Shown: positions 1 to 7,378, counted from the first letter of the stretch. The stretch: 32,000 nt of DNA from Mycobacterium tuberculosis H37Rv (GCF_000195955.2 NC_000962.3:1170001-1202000), one strand, 5' to 3'. Numbers and translations: made by a program. The notes: generated by a model from the letters alone, not told the origin.

Positions 1-724
1 GGGCTACCGAGAGATCCTGGGCATCCAGGTCACCTCCGCCGAGGACGGGGCCGGCTGGCTGGCGTTCTTCCGCGACCTGGTCGCCCGCGGCCTGTCCGGG
101 GTCGCGCTGGTCACCAGCGACGCCCACGCCGGCCTGGTGGCCGCGATCGGCGCCACCCTGCCCGCAGCGGCCTGGCAGCGCTGCAGAACCCACTACGCAG
201 CCAATCTGATGGCAGCCACCCCGAAGCCCTCCTGGCCGTGGGTGCGCACCCTGCTGCACTCCATCTACGACCAGCCCGACGCCGAATCAGTTGTTGCCCA
301 ATATGATCGGGTACTCGACGCTCTGACCGACAAACTCCCCGCGGTGGCCGAGCACCTCGACACCGCCCGCACCGACCTGCTGGCGTTCACCGCCTTCCCC
401 AAGCAGATCTGGCGCCAAATCTGGTCCAACAACCCCCAGGAACGCCTCAACCGAGAGGTACGACGCCGAACCGACGTCGTGGGCATCTTCCCCGACCGCG
501 CCTCGATCATCCGCCTCGTCGGAGCCGTCCTCGCCGAACAACACGACGAATGGATCGAAGGACGGCGCTACCTGGGCCTCGAGGTCCTCACCCGAGCCCG
601 AGCAGCACTGACCAGCACCGAAGAACCCGCCAAGCAGCAAACCACCAACACCCCAGCACTGACCACCTAGACTGCCACCCGAAGGATCACGCGAGGAACC
701 TTCACTCGTACACCACGTCCCTGG
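1..724 (+). mobile_element. Right-hand part of an IS1081-type (IS256/Mutator family) insertion sequence. The window begins inside the element and the right end is only approximate (about 720-730).
   Basis: It contains the 3' two-thirds of a Mutator-family transposase gene, followed by about 55 bp of non-coding tail after the stop at 668-670. The terminal inverted repeat was not independently verified. Confidence 0.8.
2..670 (+). CDS. IS1081-type transposase, C-terminal part (5' end lies outside the window)
   Basis: The frame of ORF 137..670 stays open back to base 2 (GYREILGIQVTSAEDGAGWLAFFRDLVARGLSGVALVTSDAHAGLVAAIG...). The C-terminus (...WSNNPQERLNREVRRRTDVVGIFPDRASIIRLVGAVLAEQHDEW...) is typical of Mutator/IS256 transposases and matches my recollection of IS1081. 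Confidence 0.9.
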   Translation, partial: GYREILGIQVTSAEDGAGWLAFFRDLVARGLSGVALVTSDAHAGLVAAIGATLPAAAWQRCRTHYAANLMAATPKPSWPWVRTLLHSIYDQPDAESVVAQYDRVLDALTDKLPAVAEHLDTARTDLLAFTAFPKQIWRQIWSNNPQERLNREVRRRTDVVGIFPDRASIIRLVGAVLAEQHDEWIEGRRYLGLEVLTRARAALTSTEEPAKQQTTNTPALTT

Positions 725-777
725 CCTTGGCCGAAGGTAGAACGCCAGCACGACTTGCTGTTGTCAACTCTTGCGAG

Positions 778-1041
778 TTACGTGAGTGCGGCCGGAGCAC
801 ACGCTCGTATCGTCGTCACAGTCGAAGGGCGCGATCTTGAGTTCGACGTATCGACCTTCGCCCTTGTGGGCCCGCAGCAGCTGCCCGAAGTCGAGCCGTC
901 GCAGTAGTGACCGGGGGCCCAGTTAGCGATGGCTTTGTCACTGTGGAGGGTCTCCCTCCCGTAGTGATGCACCACTCGCACGAGAGCCAATTCGGCCGCC
1001 CGTCGCGCCGCAGCAGAGCGCGGTGGCTCTTCGTCGTTCAT
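778..1041 (-). CDS. 87-codon ORF translationally coupled to the upstream 371-aa gene; probably a decayed or truncated partner gene
   Basis: Its ATG (1041-1039) overlaps the upstream TGA (1040-1038) as ATGA. The first ~45 codons (MNDEEPPRSAAARRAAELALVRVVHHYG...) have G/C-rich third positions. After that the coding-like signal moves to another frame (...LLRRLDFGQLLRAHKGEGRYVELKIAPFDCDDD...), which suggests a frameshift. The ORF ends about 40-55 bp from the IS end. Confidence 0.3.
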   Translation of the reverse strand: MNDEEPPRSAAARRAAELALVRVVHHYGRETLHSDKAIANWAPGHYCDGSTSGSCCGPTRAKVDTSNSRSRPSTVTTIRACAPAALT

Positions 1042-2153
1042 TTGGTCATCGCCTCGCGTAGATGTTCCGCCGCGTCTTCGCCGCGGACGCCGGCCGTGCG
1101 TAGGTCGGCGTATACCCTCGGCCATAACATCGACCTAAACCCCTGCAGGTTCTGTTCGGTCAGCCGGGCGCACGCTGGGGTCGGGAAGAAGCGCAATATC
1201 AACCGACCGCCGGCGATTTCCTGCAATCCCGCAGCCATTGCTGCACGGCGAAGATCGCTCCATGATCGCCCGGGCACGTAGATTTCCATCGGAGCTATTT
1301 CCGTCTGCATTGGCGCGAGCAGGCTCGCCGACAACGCGCTTGTGGCTGCCCACTCAATGCCTGCGGCATCCCACAACTGGCCGGCCTTGACCACGCCGGC
1401 AGTCGGATCGCGCCACAGCACACCAGTCGAAATAGAAATCGGCGACCGAAGCTTGTCTGCTGCCTCAGCGTATGCATCCAACAGCGCATCGCGATCAACG
1501 ATCAGGCGCGCCGATTTCGGGCCGCGGGCAGTGGCACTGGCCAGATGGCCGTTTTTTTCGAGAAACTTCAACGCCTGAGCGCTGCTTCCCATCGAGAGAC
1601 CGGTGGCCTCTACAACCGAGGCGACAGTTGGACCGGCGATGTTCGCCAGCAGCGCTTCACATACGGCAAGTGTGGCGCGGCGCCAGCCTATGCGCGCGTC
1701 GAGTGGGGCAGGTGGCGCGCCTTTCGTCTCGATCACCAGAGTGGTTCCAGTTGATGTGTTTCGGTAGTGGATATCGGCAGCGCCCGACTCGTCCACCCAC
1801 CCAACACCGGCGTCATGTGCCGCCTTCCGGGCACCAGGAGACATCGTGGGTGCAGCCAAAATGTCGGGCCGGGATGTGGCGTGGAGTGCCTCGGCTACCT
1901 GACGGGGCCAACCAGTCGTGAGCCAGCGAACCAGGAACTCTGCGCCGTCGAGCGACACAATCACGTCGCGATGAGGGCCGTTTACGCGTCGTGCGCGCAC
2001 TTCGCTGCGAAACGCGCCTTCCAGCGCACTCACGGTGCGTTCGTCCCAAGACATGGAGGCATCATACTTCACTAAGGGACGATACTCTACTGTTTCAGTG
2101 AAGTACCATCTACGGATGAAGTTCGATTGCCACGTGCGATCCGACGCTTGCAC
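1038..2153 (-). CDS. Hypothetical 371-aa protein with a central winged-helix-like segment (Rv1048c-like)
   Basis: Long ORF with a GTG start at 2153. It has an HTH-like stretch (GLSMGSSAQALKFLEKNGHL) and the C-terminal tail WPRVYADLRTAGVRGEDAAEHLREAM. A/T-ending codons are visibly more frequent than in flanking core genes. Confidence 0.8.
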   Translation of the reverse strand: MQASDRTWQSNFIRRWYFTETVEYRPLVKYDASMSWDERTVSALEGAFRSEVRARRVNGPHRDVIVSLDGAEFLVRWLTTGWPRQVAEALHATSRPDILAAPTMSPGARKAAHDAGVGWVDESGAADIHYRNTSTGTTLVIETKGAPPAPLDARIGWRRATLAVCEALLANIAGPTVASVVEATGLSMGSSAQALKFLEKNGHLASATARGPKSARLIVDRDALLDAYAEAADKLRSPISISTGVLWRDPTAGVVKAGQLWDAAGIEWAATSALSASLLAPMQTEIAPMEIYVPGRSWSDLRRAAMAAGLQEIAGGRLILRFFPTPACARLTEQNLQGFRSMLWPRVYADLRTAGVRGEDAAEHLREAMTK

Positions 2154-2360
2154 TTCGCTGGCGGGCCGCGAACCCGATCAGCTCCTCCAGGTCGTCGGCA
2201 CGGGTCAGCAAGGCGGCGCTGTCCGGGTGGGCGCGCATGCCAAACACCAGTCGCTCACCGTCGGGGTCAAGCAACACCAGGTCGCGGAGCATGGTGGCGG
2301 GCGGAACCCACACTTCGGGCTAGCTCTAGGGGGCAGGGCTTTGACGGGTCTTGACAAATA

Positions 2361-2374
2361 CGTGTAGCTACACG
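2361..2374. promoter_or_regulatory. Perfect 14-bp palindrome CGTGTAGCTACACG upstream of the MarR gene (candidate MarR/MosR operator)
   Basis: The sequence is its own reverse complement. It lies 12 bp upstream of the ATG at 2386, directly after two TTGAC(G/A) -35-like hexamers at 2341-2356. Confidence 0.6.
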
Positions 2375-2385
2375 AGTCTGGAGTA

Positions 2386-2832
2386 ATGGGCAAAGGGGCG
2401 GCGTTCGACGAATGCGCTTGCTACACCACCCGGCGGGCGGCCCGACAGCTCGGCCAGGCCTATGATCGCGCGCTGCGGCCGAGCGGGTTGACGAACACCC
2501 AATTCAGCACGCTGGCCGTGATCTCGCTGTCGGAAGGCAGCGCCGGGATCGACCTCACGATGAGCGAGCTTGCCGCCCGCATCGGCGTTGAACGCACGAC
2601 GCTAACCCGCAACCTCGAGGTGATGAGGCGCGACGGACTGGTGCGGGTCATGGCGGGTGCCGACGCGCGGTGCAAGCGCATCGAGCTGACCGCGAAGGGC
2701 CGCGCGGCACTGCAAAAGGCGGTGCCCCTATGGCGCGGGGTGCAGGCGGAGGTGACCGCAAGCGTCGGTGACTGGCCACGGGTGCGACGCGACATCGCGA
2801 ATCTGGGTCAGGCGGCGGAGGCGTGTCGGTGA
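2386..2832 (+). CDS. mosR: MarR-family transcriptional regulator (MosR/Rv1049-like, oxidation sensing)
   Basis: 148-aa ORF with RBS GGAG at 2380-2383 and a MarR wHTH core (LTNTQFSTLAVI...MSELAARIGVERTTLTRNLEVMRRDGLV). The N-terminal Cys10-x-Cys12 pair matches the redox-sensing cysteines I recall for MosR. Confidence 0.85.
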   Translation: MGKGAAFDECACYTTRRAARQLGQAYDRALRPSGLTNTQFSTLAVISLSEGSAGIDLTMSELAARIGVERTTLTRNLEVMRRDGLVRVMAGADARCKRIELTAKGRAALQKAVPLWRGVQAEVTASVGDWPRVRRDIANLGQAAEACR

Positions 2833-2850
2833 TCTTTTTTGCGCATATAT

Positions 2851-2862
2851 GTGTAGTTACAC
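2851..2862. promoter_or_regulatory. Second copy of the operator-like motif, GTGTAGTTACAC, between the MarR gene and the SDR gene
   Basis: It matches the 2362-2373 palindrome core at 11 of 12 positions. It sits about 16 bp upstream of the SDR start, next to RBS GAGGAG. Confidence 0.5.
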
Positions 2863-2877
2863 CCAACTGAGGAGCAA

Positions 2878-3786
2878 ATGATGGCTAGGCAGAGATTTCG
2901 TGACCAGGTGGTGTTGATCACCGGTGCCTCCAGCGGCATCGGGGAGGCGACCGCGAAGGCATTCGCCCGTGAGGGCGCCGTGGTCGCCTTGGCGGCGCGC
3001 CGCGAGGGTGCGTTGCGCCGGGTTGCCCGGGAGATCGAGGCCGCGGGTGGGCGGGCGATGGTCGCCCCGCTCGACGTCTCGTCGTCGGAGAGCGTGCGCG
3101 CCATGGTTGCCGACGTGGTCGGCGAGTTTGGTCGCATTGACGTCGTGTTCAACAACGCCGGCGTCTCGCTGGTAGGCCCGGTCGACGCAGAGACCTTCCT
3201 TGACGACACTCGCGAGATGCTGGAGATCGACTACCTCGGCACGGTGCGCGTGGTGCGGGAGGTCTTGCCGATCATGAAGCAGCAACGATCGGGACGGATC
3301 ATGAACATGTCGTCGGTGGTGGGTCGCAAGGCCTTTGCGCGATTCGCCGGCTACTCCTCCGCCATGCACGCGATCGCCGGTTTCTCCGATGCGTTGCGCC
3401 AAGAGCTGCGGGGTAGCGGAATCGCCGTCTCGGTGATCCACCCGGCGCTGACCCAGACACCGCTGTTGGCCAACGTCGACCCCGCCGACATGCCGCCGCC
3501 GTTTCGCAGCCTCACGCCCATTCCCGTTCACTGGGTCGCGGCAGCGGTGCTTGACGGTGTGGCGCGGCGGCGCGCCCGCGTAGTCGTTCCATTTCAGCCG
3601 CGGCTGCTCATGGTGGGTGACGCGTTCTCGCCGCGGTACGGCGACCGGGTGGTCCGCTTGCTCGAGAGCAAGATATTCGGTCGCCTGATCGGTTCCTATC
3701 GGGGTTCGGTATACCGCCATCAGCCGACCGAATCAGCGAAGGCACAGGCGGCCCAGCCCGAGCGCGGGTACTCGTCGGCCCGGTGA
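2878..3786 (+). CDS. Short-chain dehydrogenase/reductase family oxidoreductase (Rv1050-like). The start could be 2878 or 2881.
   Basis: TGASSGIG cofactor motif, NNAG motif and an MSSVVG serine. The active-site region reads Y-S-S-A-M rather than YxxxK. Confidence 0.85.
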   Translation: MMARQRFRDQVVLITGASSGIGEATAKAFAREGAVVALAARREGALRRVAREIEAAGGRAMVAPLDVSSSESVRAMVADVVGEFGRIDVVFNNAGVSLVGPVDAETFLDDTREMLEIDYLGTVRVVREVLPIMKQQRSGRIMNMSSVVGRKAFARFAGYSSAMHAIAGFSDALRQELRGSGIAVSVIHPALTQTPLLANVDPADMPPPFRSLTPIPVHWVAAAVLDGVARRRARVVVPFQPRLLMVGDAFSPRYGDRVVRLLESKIFGRLIGSYRGSVYRHQPTESAKAQAAQPERGYSSAR

Positions 3787-3944
3787 GGTTGGTTGGAGCC
3801 AGGCTCCACGTCGCTGAGGCGAGCGGCGTGCGCAGCGCGTAGCGGCTCGTCGGCACGGTGTCGATGGTCTCCTTGGCGCTGAATCGCGACGTGCTGGCGA
3901 TCACCCGGGCAAGCCGATCACGCAGTTCGTCGTCGGGCGCCAGC

Positions 3945-4124
3945 TCAACGTCGAGTTGCGCTCTCCCGCTTTGAGATCCAGCGCGACACCTCGTCGCGCC
4001 GGTACACGACGCGCCGTCCCAAGGTGAAGCTCGCCGGTCCGATGTCCGAGTGCCGCCAGTGCCGTAGAGTGCCGACGGGAACGCCGATCATCTCCGAAAC
4101 TTGTTTTGCGTCCAGCAGATCCAT
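3945..4124 (-). CDS. Excisionase/MerR-type helix-turn-helix DNA-binding protein (59 aa)
   Basis: MDLLDAKQVSEMIGVPVGTLRHWRHSDIGPASFTLGRRVVYRRDEVSRWI is a typical Xis-type HTH. A strong [11 protein letters not shown] lies 3 nt upstream of the ATG at 4124. In the ORF track it is fused to the upstream toxin remnant only because no stop intervenes. Confidence 0.65.
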   Translation of the reverse strand: MDLLDAKQVSEMIGVPVGTLRHWRHSDIGPASFTLGRRVVYRRDEVSRWISKRESATRR

Positions 4125-4930
4125 GTTTCTCCTCCCGACATGGGCTGGTTTCCAATGTCTCCAACAGTGCTGGCAGCGTCCGTGTTCGGTCGCCCATTTC
4201 GCTTGCGCGACTGCGCCATAACCGGCCAGGTGAGGCGCGACGGGTTCGAGAGTGGCGCCGCGGTATTGTGCGACTGCCCTGGCCGAGCGGAGCAGCTCGT
4301 CGTCGTCGATGCCCCGGCGGTCGAGTTGGACGATGTCGACGTAGTCCCGCCAGCGGGTGCTGGTGATGCCGCGTTCGAGGATGGTCACTCCCTTCTCGGC
4401 GATGATGGTCTCGGGCGCGTAGCCCAGGAGTGTGATCGGCTCGCCGAGGATCCGGTCGATGGTCACCCGTGTGGGCCACGGCGCGATCGGTTCGCCGGTG
4501 GACACATCCCAGGCCGCGATGCCCTGCCACGGTCCGACCGACATAGCGACTCGCACGCGCAGGCCCGGGTAGTCGGCCCGCTCGCGAATTTCCTGCACGC
4601 TGCTCGTGTCGAGGTTGAACGCCACCCCGTCGTCGATGTCGATCACGGCGATGTCGCGAACCACCTGGGTGAGATGCTCGGCGGTGACGTCGGCGCGCAT
4701 GGCGTTGGAGTCGGTGTCCTTCGTCGGGTGCCGAACGCCGTAGGCGGCCAGCAGGATCCGGCCTTTGAGGACGAAGTCTGCGGCATGCGAGGTGCGGGTG
4801 AGCCGATCCAGGAACGATTCGAGGGTGTGTCGAGTCAGGTACTCCTGCGTCGGTGCGCCGGTCCCGCACTTCGAGGCAGTAGAACGAGCGAGGATTGGAT
4901 CCGGCGGGACACCGTGTCGCCGGAGCTCAC
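4125..4930 (-). pseudogene. AbiEii / DUF1814 (MenT-type) nucleotidyltransferase toxin, frameshifted and C-terminally truncated
   Basis: The GTG at 4930 overlaps the upstream stop (GTGA). The N-terminal frame (VSSGDTVSRRIQSSLVLLPRSAG...) stops at 4835. Homology continues in another frame (...TQEYLTRHTLESFLDRLTRTSHAADFVLKGRILLAAYGVRHPTKDTDSNA...AETIIAEKGVTILERG...). There is no stop of its own before the Xis-like gene. Confidence 0.65.
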
Positions 4931-5470
4931 GCCAGCATCGCCAATGTTTGTAAGACCGGGGACTTCTCCCGCGGTAGGCGGGTGGCGATCTCGATCAGCC
5001 GGGCGGGTTTGCCGCCTCGGCGCAGCCACTCTCGCAGCGCGTCACGCGCCAGTTCGTAACCGACTTCGTAGCGGAGCCGGAATGTATCGGCGATCGAGCG
5101 CTCGGGTGAGTTAGATTCCGATTGTCTGATCCGATCCCGGGATCGTGATCTCGTCGCGTCCGATCTAAAATGTGGCCCGGTCGAAGTGGTGCCACGCAAT
5201 CGCGCCTGTGCTGGCCGGTGTCCTCGACCAGCGGGGGATGGCGATGTCCAGCGCGGCGGGGATCGCGTCGGTCAGGTCGTGGTGCGTGAGTGCGGAGGCC
5301 AGGCAGATCGTAGCGTCGGGGCGGCGCGTGGCGGCCTCGATCCGATCCCAGTCGGCGGTCGACGCGTCTACGGGTAGGTAGATGCCGCGGGCGATGCGGT
5401 CCCAGCGGCCTGCCTGCGCGCCGCGGTAAAGCGCGCTGCGCGAGGCCGGCCCGCCCCGCAGTGCTCGGTG
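4927..5470 (-). pseudogene. AbiEi-type (COG5340-like) antitoxin/transcriptional regulator, inactivated
   Basis: One frame reads ...SRSALYRGAQAGRWDRIARGIYLPVDASTADWDRIEAATRRPDATICLASALTHHDLTDAIPAALDIAIPRWSRTPASTGAIAWHHFDRATF and then hits TAG at 5166-5168. IGRDEITIPGSDQTIGI follows, then a 1-nt frameshift near 5115. The C-terminus is in the frame of ORF 4927..5199 (SPERSIADTFRLRYEVGYELARDALREWLRRGG...). Confidence 0.6.
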
Positions 5471-5687
5471 TCAGGGCTTCCACGGCGCCTATCCCACTCG
5501 TCTTTGGTACGGAACGTAGGCAGATAACTCTATGTGTAGACGTTTCGTATCGATGCCTGAGGAAATCGGGAACAGGCCCCGCGGGCGCATGGCTATTGGG
5601 AGTACGGCGGGGCACTGACATTGCGAGGCCACCGTCGGTTGGCGCCGGTAGCATGGGGATTTGTCGATGCTTGGTGAAGGAGCAACC

Positions 5688-5870
5688 GTGGGCGGTGAGA
5701 CGCCTAAGAAGGTGGTCGTCTCATGGACTGCTGTGAAGAACGCGGGGTCGCGCGCCACAAGGGCCTCAGCCAAGTTGGAACGCCGGGTTGTCCCCGTTGG
5801 TCACAAGCGGTCAGCTGCCGTTGCAGCGCATATCGAGAAGCAGCGGTCACCGCAGTCCAGATGCCGCTGA
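5688..5870 (+). CDS. Small VbhA/FicA-like antitoxin candidate (60 aa from GTG 5688)
   Basis: RBS GAAGGAG lies 5 nt upstream of the GTG. The motif S-A-K-L-E-R (...TRASAKLERRVVPVGHKRSAAVAAHIEKQR) resembles the (S/T)xxxE(G/N) inhibitory motif, with Arg in the last position. The stop at 5868-5870 overlaps the Fic ATG at 5861 by 10 nt. Confidence 0.45.
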   Translation: MGGETPKKVVVSWTAVKNAGSRATRASAKLERRVVPVGHKRSAAVAAHIEKQRSPQSRCR

Positions 5871-6485
5871 CGCCCGGCTACGGTGAGACCCCGCTTCCGC
5901 ACGACGAACTGGCCGCGTTGCTCCCCGAGGTTGTCGAGGTGTTGGACAAGCCGATCACGCGCGCTGATGTTTATGACCTCGAACAGGGCCTTCAGGACCA
6001 GGTTTTCGATCTATTGATGCCGACGGCTGTTGAAGGCTCGTTGTCGCTTGATGAGCTTCTCAGTGACCATTTCGTCCGCGATCTCCACGCGCGTATGTTT
6101 GGTCCGGTATAGGACTGGGCCGGGCGGTGGTGACGACGTGAACTCAACATCGGTGTTGCACCGGAGCAGGTCGCCGTCGAGGTACGCAACGCGCTCGACA
6201 CCATCGCGTACCGCTGGGTGCACACCGATGATTGGACCGGTCGGCAACTGGGTATTGTTGTTCATGCAGACCTTGTGCGAATCCATCCGTTCACCGATGG
6301 AAATGGGCGCACCACAAGGCTTCTCGCTGATTTGGTGTACGCGACGGTTCAGAATCCCACCGAGCTGCAGTATGACTGGGAGCTCGATAAACTGCGCTTA
6401 CGTCGAACTACTTCGCGGCTACGACCGAGACCGGGACATTGCGGCGCTCGCCGCCTTCATCGGTGTGCGGCCCATCGAGACATAG
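5861..6485 (+). pseudogene. Fic/DOC-family (AMPylase-type) toxin gene with two in-frame stop codons and a C-terminal frameshift
   Basis: The reading frame MPLTPGYGETPL...DLHARMFGPV-TAG(6110)-DWAGRW-TGA(6131)-RRELNIGV...HADLVRIHPFTDGNGRTTRLLADL carries an intact HPFxDGNGRxxR motif. The C-terminal helix region (AYVELLRGYDRDRDIAALAAFIGVRPIET) is in a different frame from about 6390. Confidence 0.75.
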
Positions 6486-6565
6486 GCAGGCTGTCTTGTT
6501 GAAGCCGGCGACCGGGCGACCCAAGCGGAGGAGGTACCGCGGATCACTGCGGTACCGTCGACGCG

Positions 6566-7378
6566 GTGGCAACCAGGCATCAACGGGCGGGGATTGACGA
6601 CCGCTGGCATAAGCGGGTCAAAGGGCCGGACGGGAACAGGCGAACCGTGCGGTCTGCTGTCTGCGGCAGGGTTTCGCGCTGGCGCGTCAGGTGGGTTGAC
6701 GGCGGCGGAGAGGAGCACAGCAAGAGCTTCCAGCGCAAACCTGACGCGCAGGTACCTGACCCATGCCGAACTGTTGATGCTCGCCAGGGCCACGGGCCGG
6801 TTCGAAACGCTCACCTTGGTGCTCGGCTACTGCGGCTTACGGCGGTTTACGGTTCGGTGAGGCTGTTGCCCTGCGGCGCAAGCATGTGGGGGATCGCGTG
6901 CTGACCGTCCGATCGTCCCCTACGGCGGTGACCGGCAAGGGCATCGTTGAGTCGACGACCAAGACGAAGCGGGATCGTCACGTACCAGTGCCTGAGCCTG
7001 TTTGGCGCAGGCTCCATGCCGAGTTGCCCACCGACCCGAACGCCTTGGTGTTCCCCGGCCGTAAGGGCGGATTCCTGCCTCTCGGTGAATACCGCTGGGC
7101 ATTCGACAACGCCGGCGACCAGGTCGGGATCGAAGGCTGGTACCGCACGGTCTGGGGCACACCACGGCCTCGCTGGCGATCAGCGCAGGCGCTAACGTCA
7201 AGGTCGTGCAACGGCTCCTTGGACACGCAGCAGCGGCGATGACGCTCGACCGGCACGGCCATCTGCTCAACGACGATCTAGCGGTGTGGCCGATGCGCTG
7301 TGCAAAGTCATCGAGAACACTGCGGTATCACTGCGGTATGCGGAGACGGAACAGAGTCGGGCTCCGGGCATGAGATAG
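6566..7378 (+). pseudogene. Phage-type tyrosine integrase remnant (multiple frameshifts, internal deletion, mutated catalytic residues)
   Basis: The N-terminal arm-binding part (GIDDRWHKRVKGPDG...RWRVRWVDGGGEEHSKSFQRKPDAQ) joins directly to the start of the catalytic domain (RYLTHAELLMLARATGRFETLTLVLGYCGLR). That part then continues in other frames (FGEAVALRRKHVGDRVLTV..., PHGLGHTTASLAISAGANVKVVQRLLGHAAAAMTLDRHGHLLNDDL). Confidence 0.8.

Noticed and set aside
2110-2313. 67-codon minus-strand ORF (…LRDLVLLDPDGERLVFGMRAHPDSAALLTRADDLEELIGFAARQ…) with G/C-rich third positions, upstream of and overlapping the 371-aa gene start
   Set aside because: It is coding-like and may be a gene fragment, but I recognise no family, it has no RBS, and it overlaps the downstream gene's start. 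This is insufficient support to call.
3790-3944. Coding-like minus-strand stretch downstream of the Xis-like gene (…LAPDDELRDRLARVIASTSRFSAKETIDTVPTSRYALRTPLASATWSLAPTNLT…)
   Set aside because: Third-position bias suggests a truncated island gene cut off at the junction with the SDR gene. There is no recognisable motif, no start context and only about 50 codons, so I cannot support a call.
3901-5114. ORFs 3901..4869 (-, 322 aa, Arg-rich) and 4101..5114 (+, 337 aa)
   Set aside because: They are out-of-frame or antisense shadows of the AbiEii/AbiEi remnants, with low-complexity Arg/Pro/Gly composition and no recognisable motifs.
5172-5773. Short ORFs 5172..5381 (+), 5186..5377 (+) and 5489..5773 (-) that could be called hypothetical genes
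   Set aside because: They lie antisense to, or overlap, the AbiEi-like remnant and the Fic-module promoter. They have no motifs, and the homology-bearing frames explain the region better.
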